A DNA stretch of 38,978 nucleotides, taken from an uncultured Eubacteriales bacterium (lineage in GTDB: Bacteria; Bacillota; Clostridia; Oscillospirales; Acutalibacteraceae). This document shows, piece after piece, positions 38,978 through 38,978 of this stretch. The DNA lies in NCBI GenBank assembly GCA_900320415.1, contig ONSE01000029.1, positions 1 through 38,978 on the forward strand, read 5' to 3'. The position numbers and the translations under genes were made by a program. Below the pieces are notes generated by a model. It made no database searches. It saw nothing but the letters and a program-made list of their open reading frames with translations, and had not been told where the DNA came from. Position 1 is the stretch's first letter. Each line of letters starts with the position of its first letter.

Positions 38978-38978
38978 G

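Overview
Mostly core chromosome of a spore-forming, dockerin-bearing Clostridia bacterium (probably Ruminococcus-like, inferred from dockerin style and gene order); nearly all genes are on the minus strand. From left to right: the end of a dockerin protein; addAB; spoIIR; ispE; an Lrp regulator plus aminotransferase; a LURP-one-like gene; an O-antigen-ligase-like gene plus phosphoglycosyl transferase; an AT-rich intergenic region with 6S RNA and a divergent candidate ~87-nt sRNA; gpsA plus a GT-C-like membrane protein; an isolated PqqD/RRE + S26 peptidase pair; groESL with CIRCE and a CtsR-like box; iorA-iorB-paaK-ACT; dnaE; xseA; a TsaD/Kae1-like gene; nusB; spoIIIAA-AH; ligA; an HD protein; and a partial S1 gene. 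No transposase, prophage, CRISPR, tRNA or rRNA was seen. The best leads are (1) the orphan RRE + Ser/His peptidase operon, (2) two MITE-like hairpin repeat families that co-occur twice, once nested upstream of spoIIIAA, (3) the anti-SD-rich sRNA candidate back-to-back with 6S RNA, and (4) RBS-occluding structures at spoIIR and iorA. All calls come from motif recognition by eye; no database searches were run.
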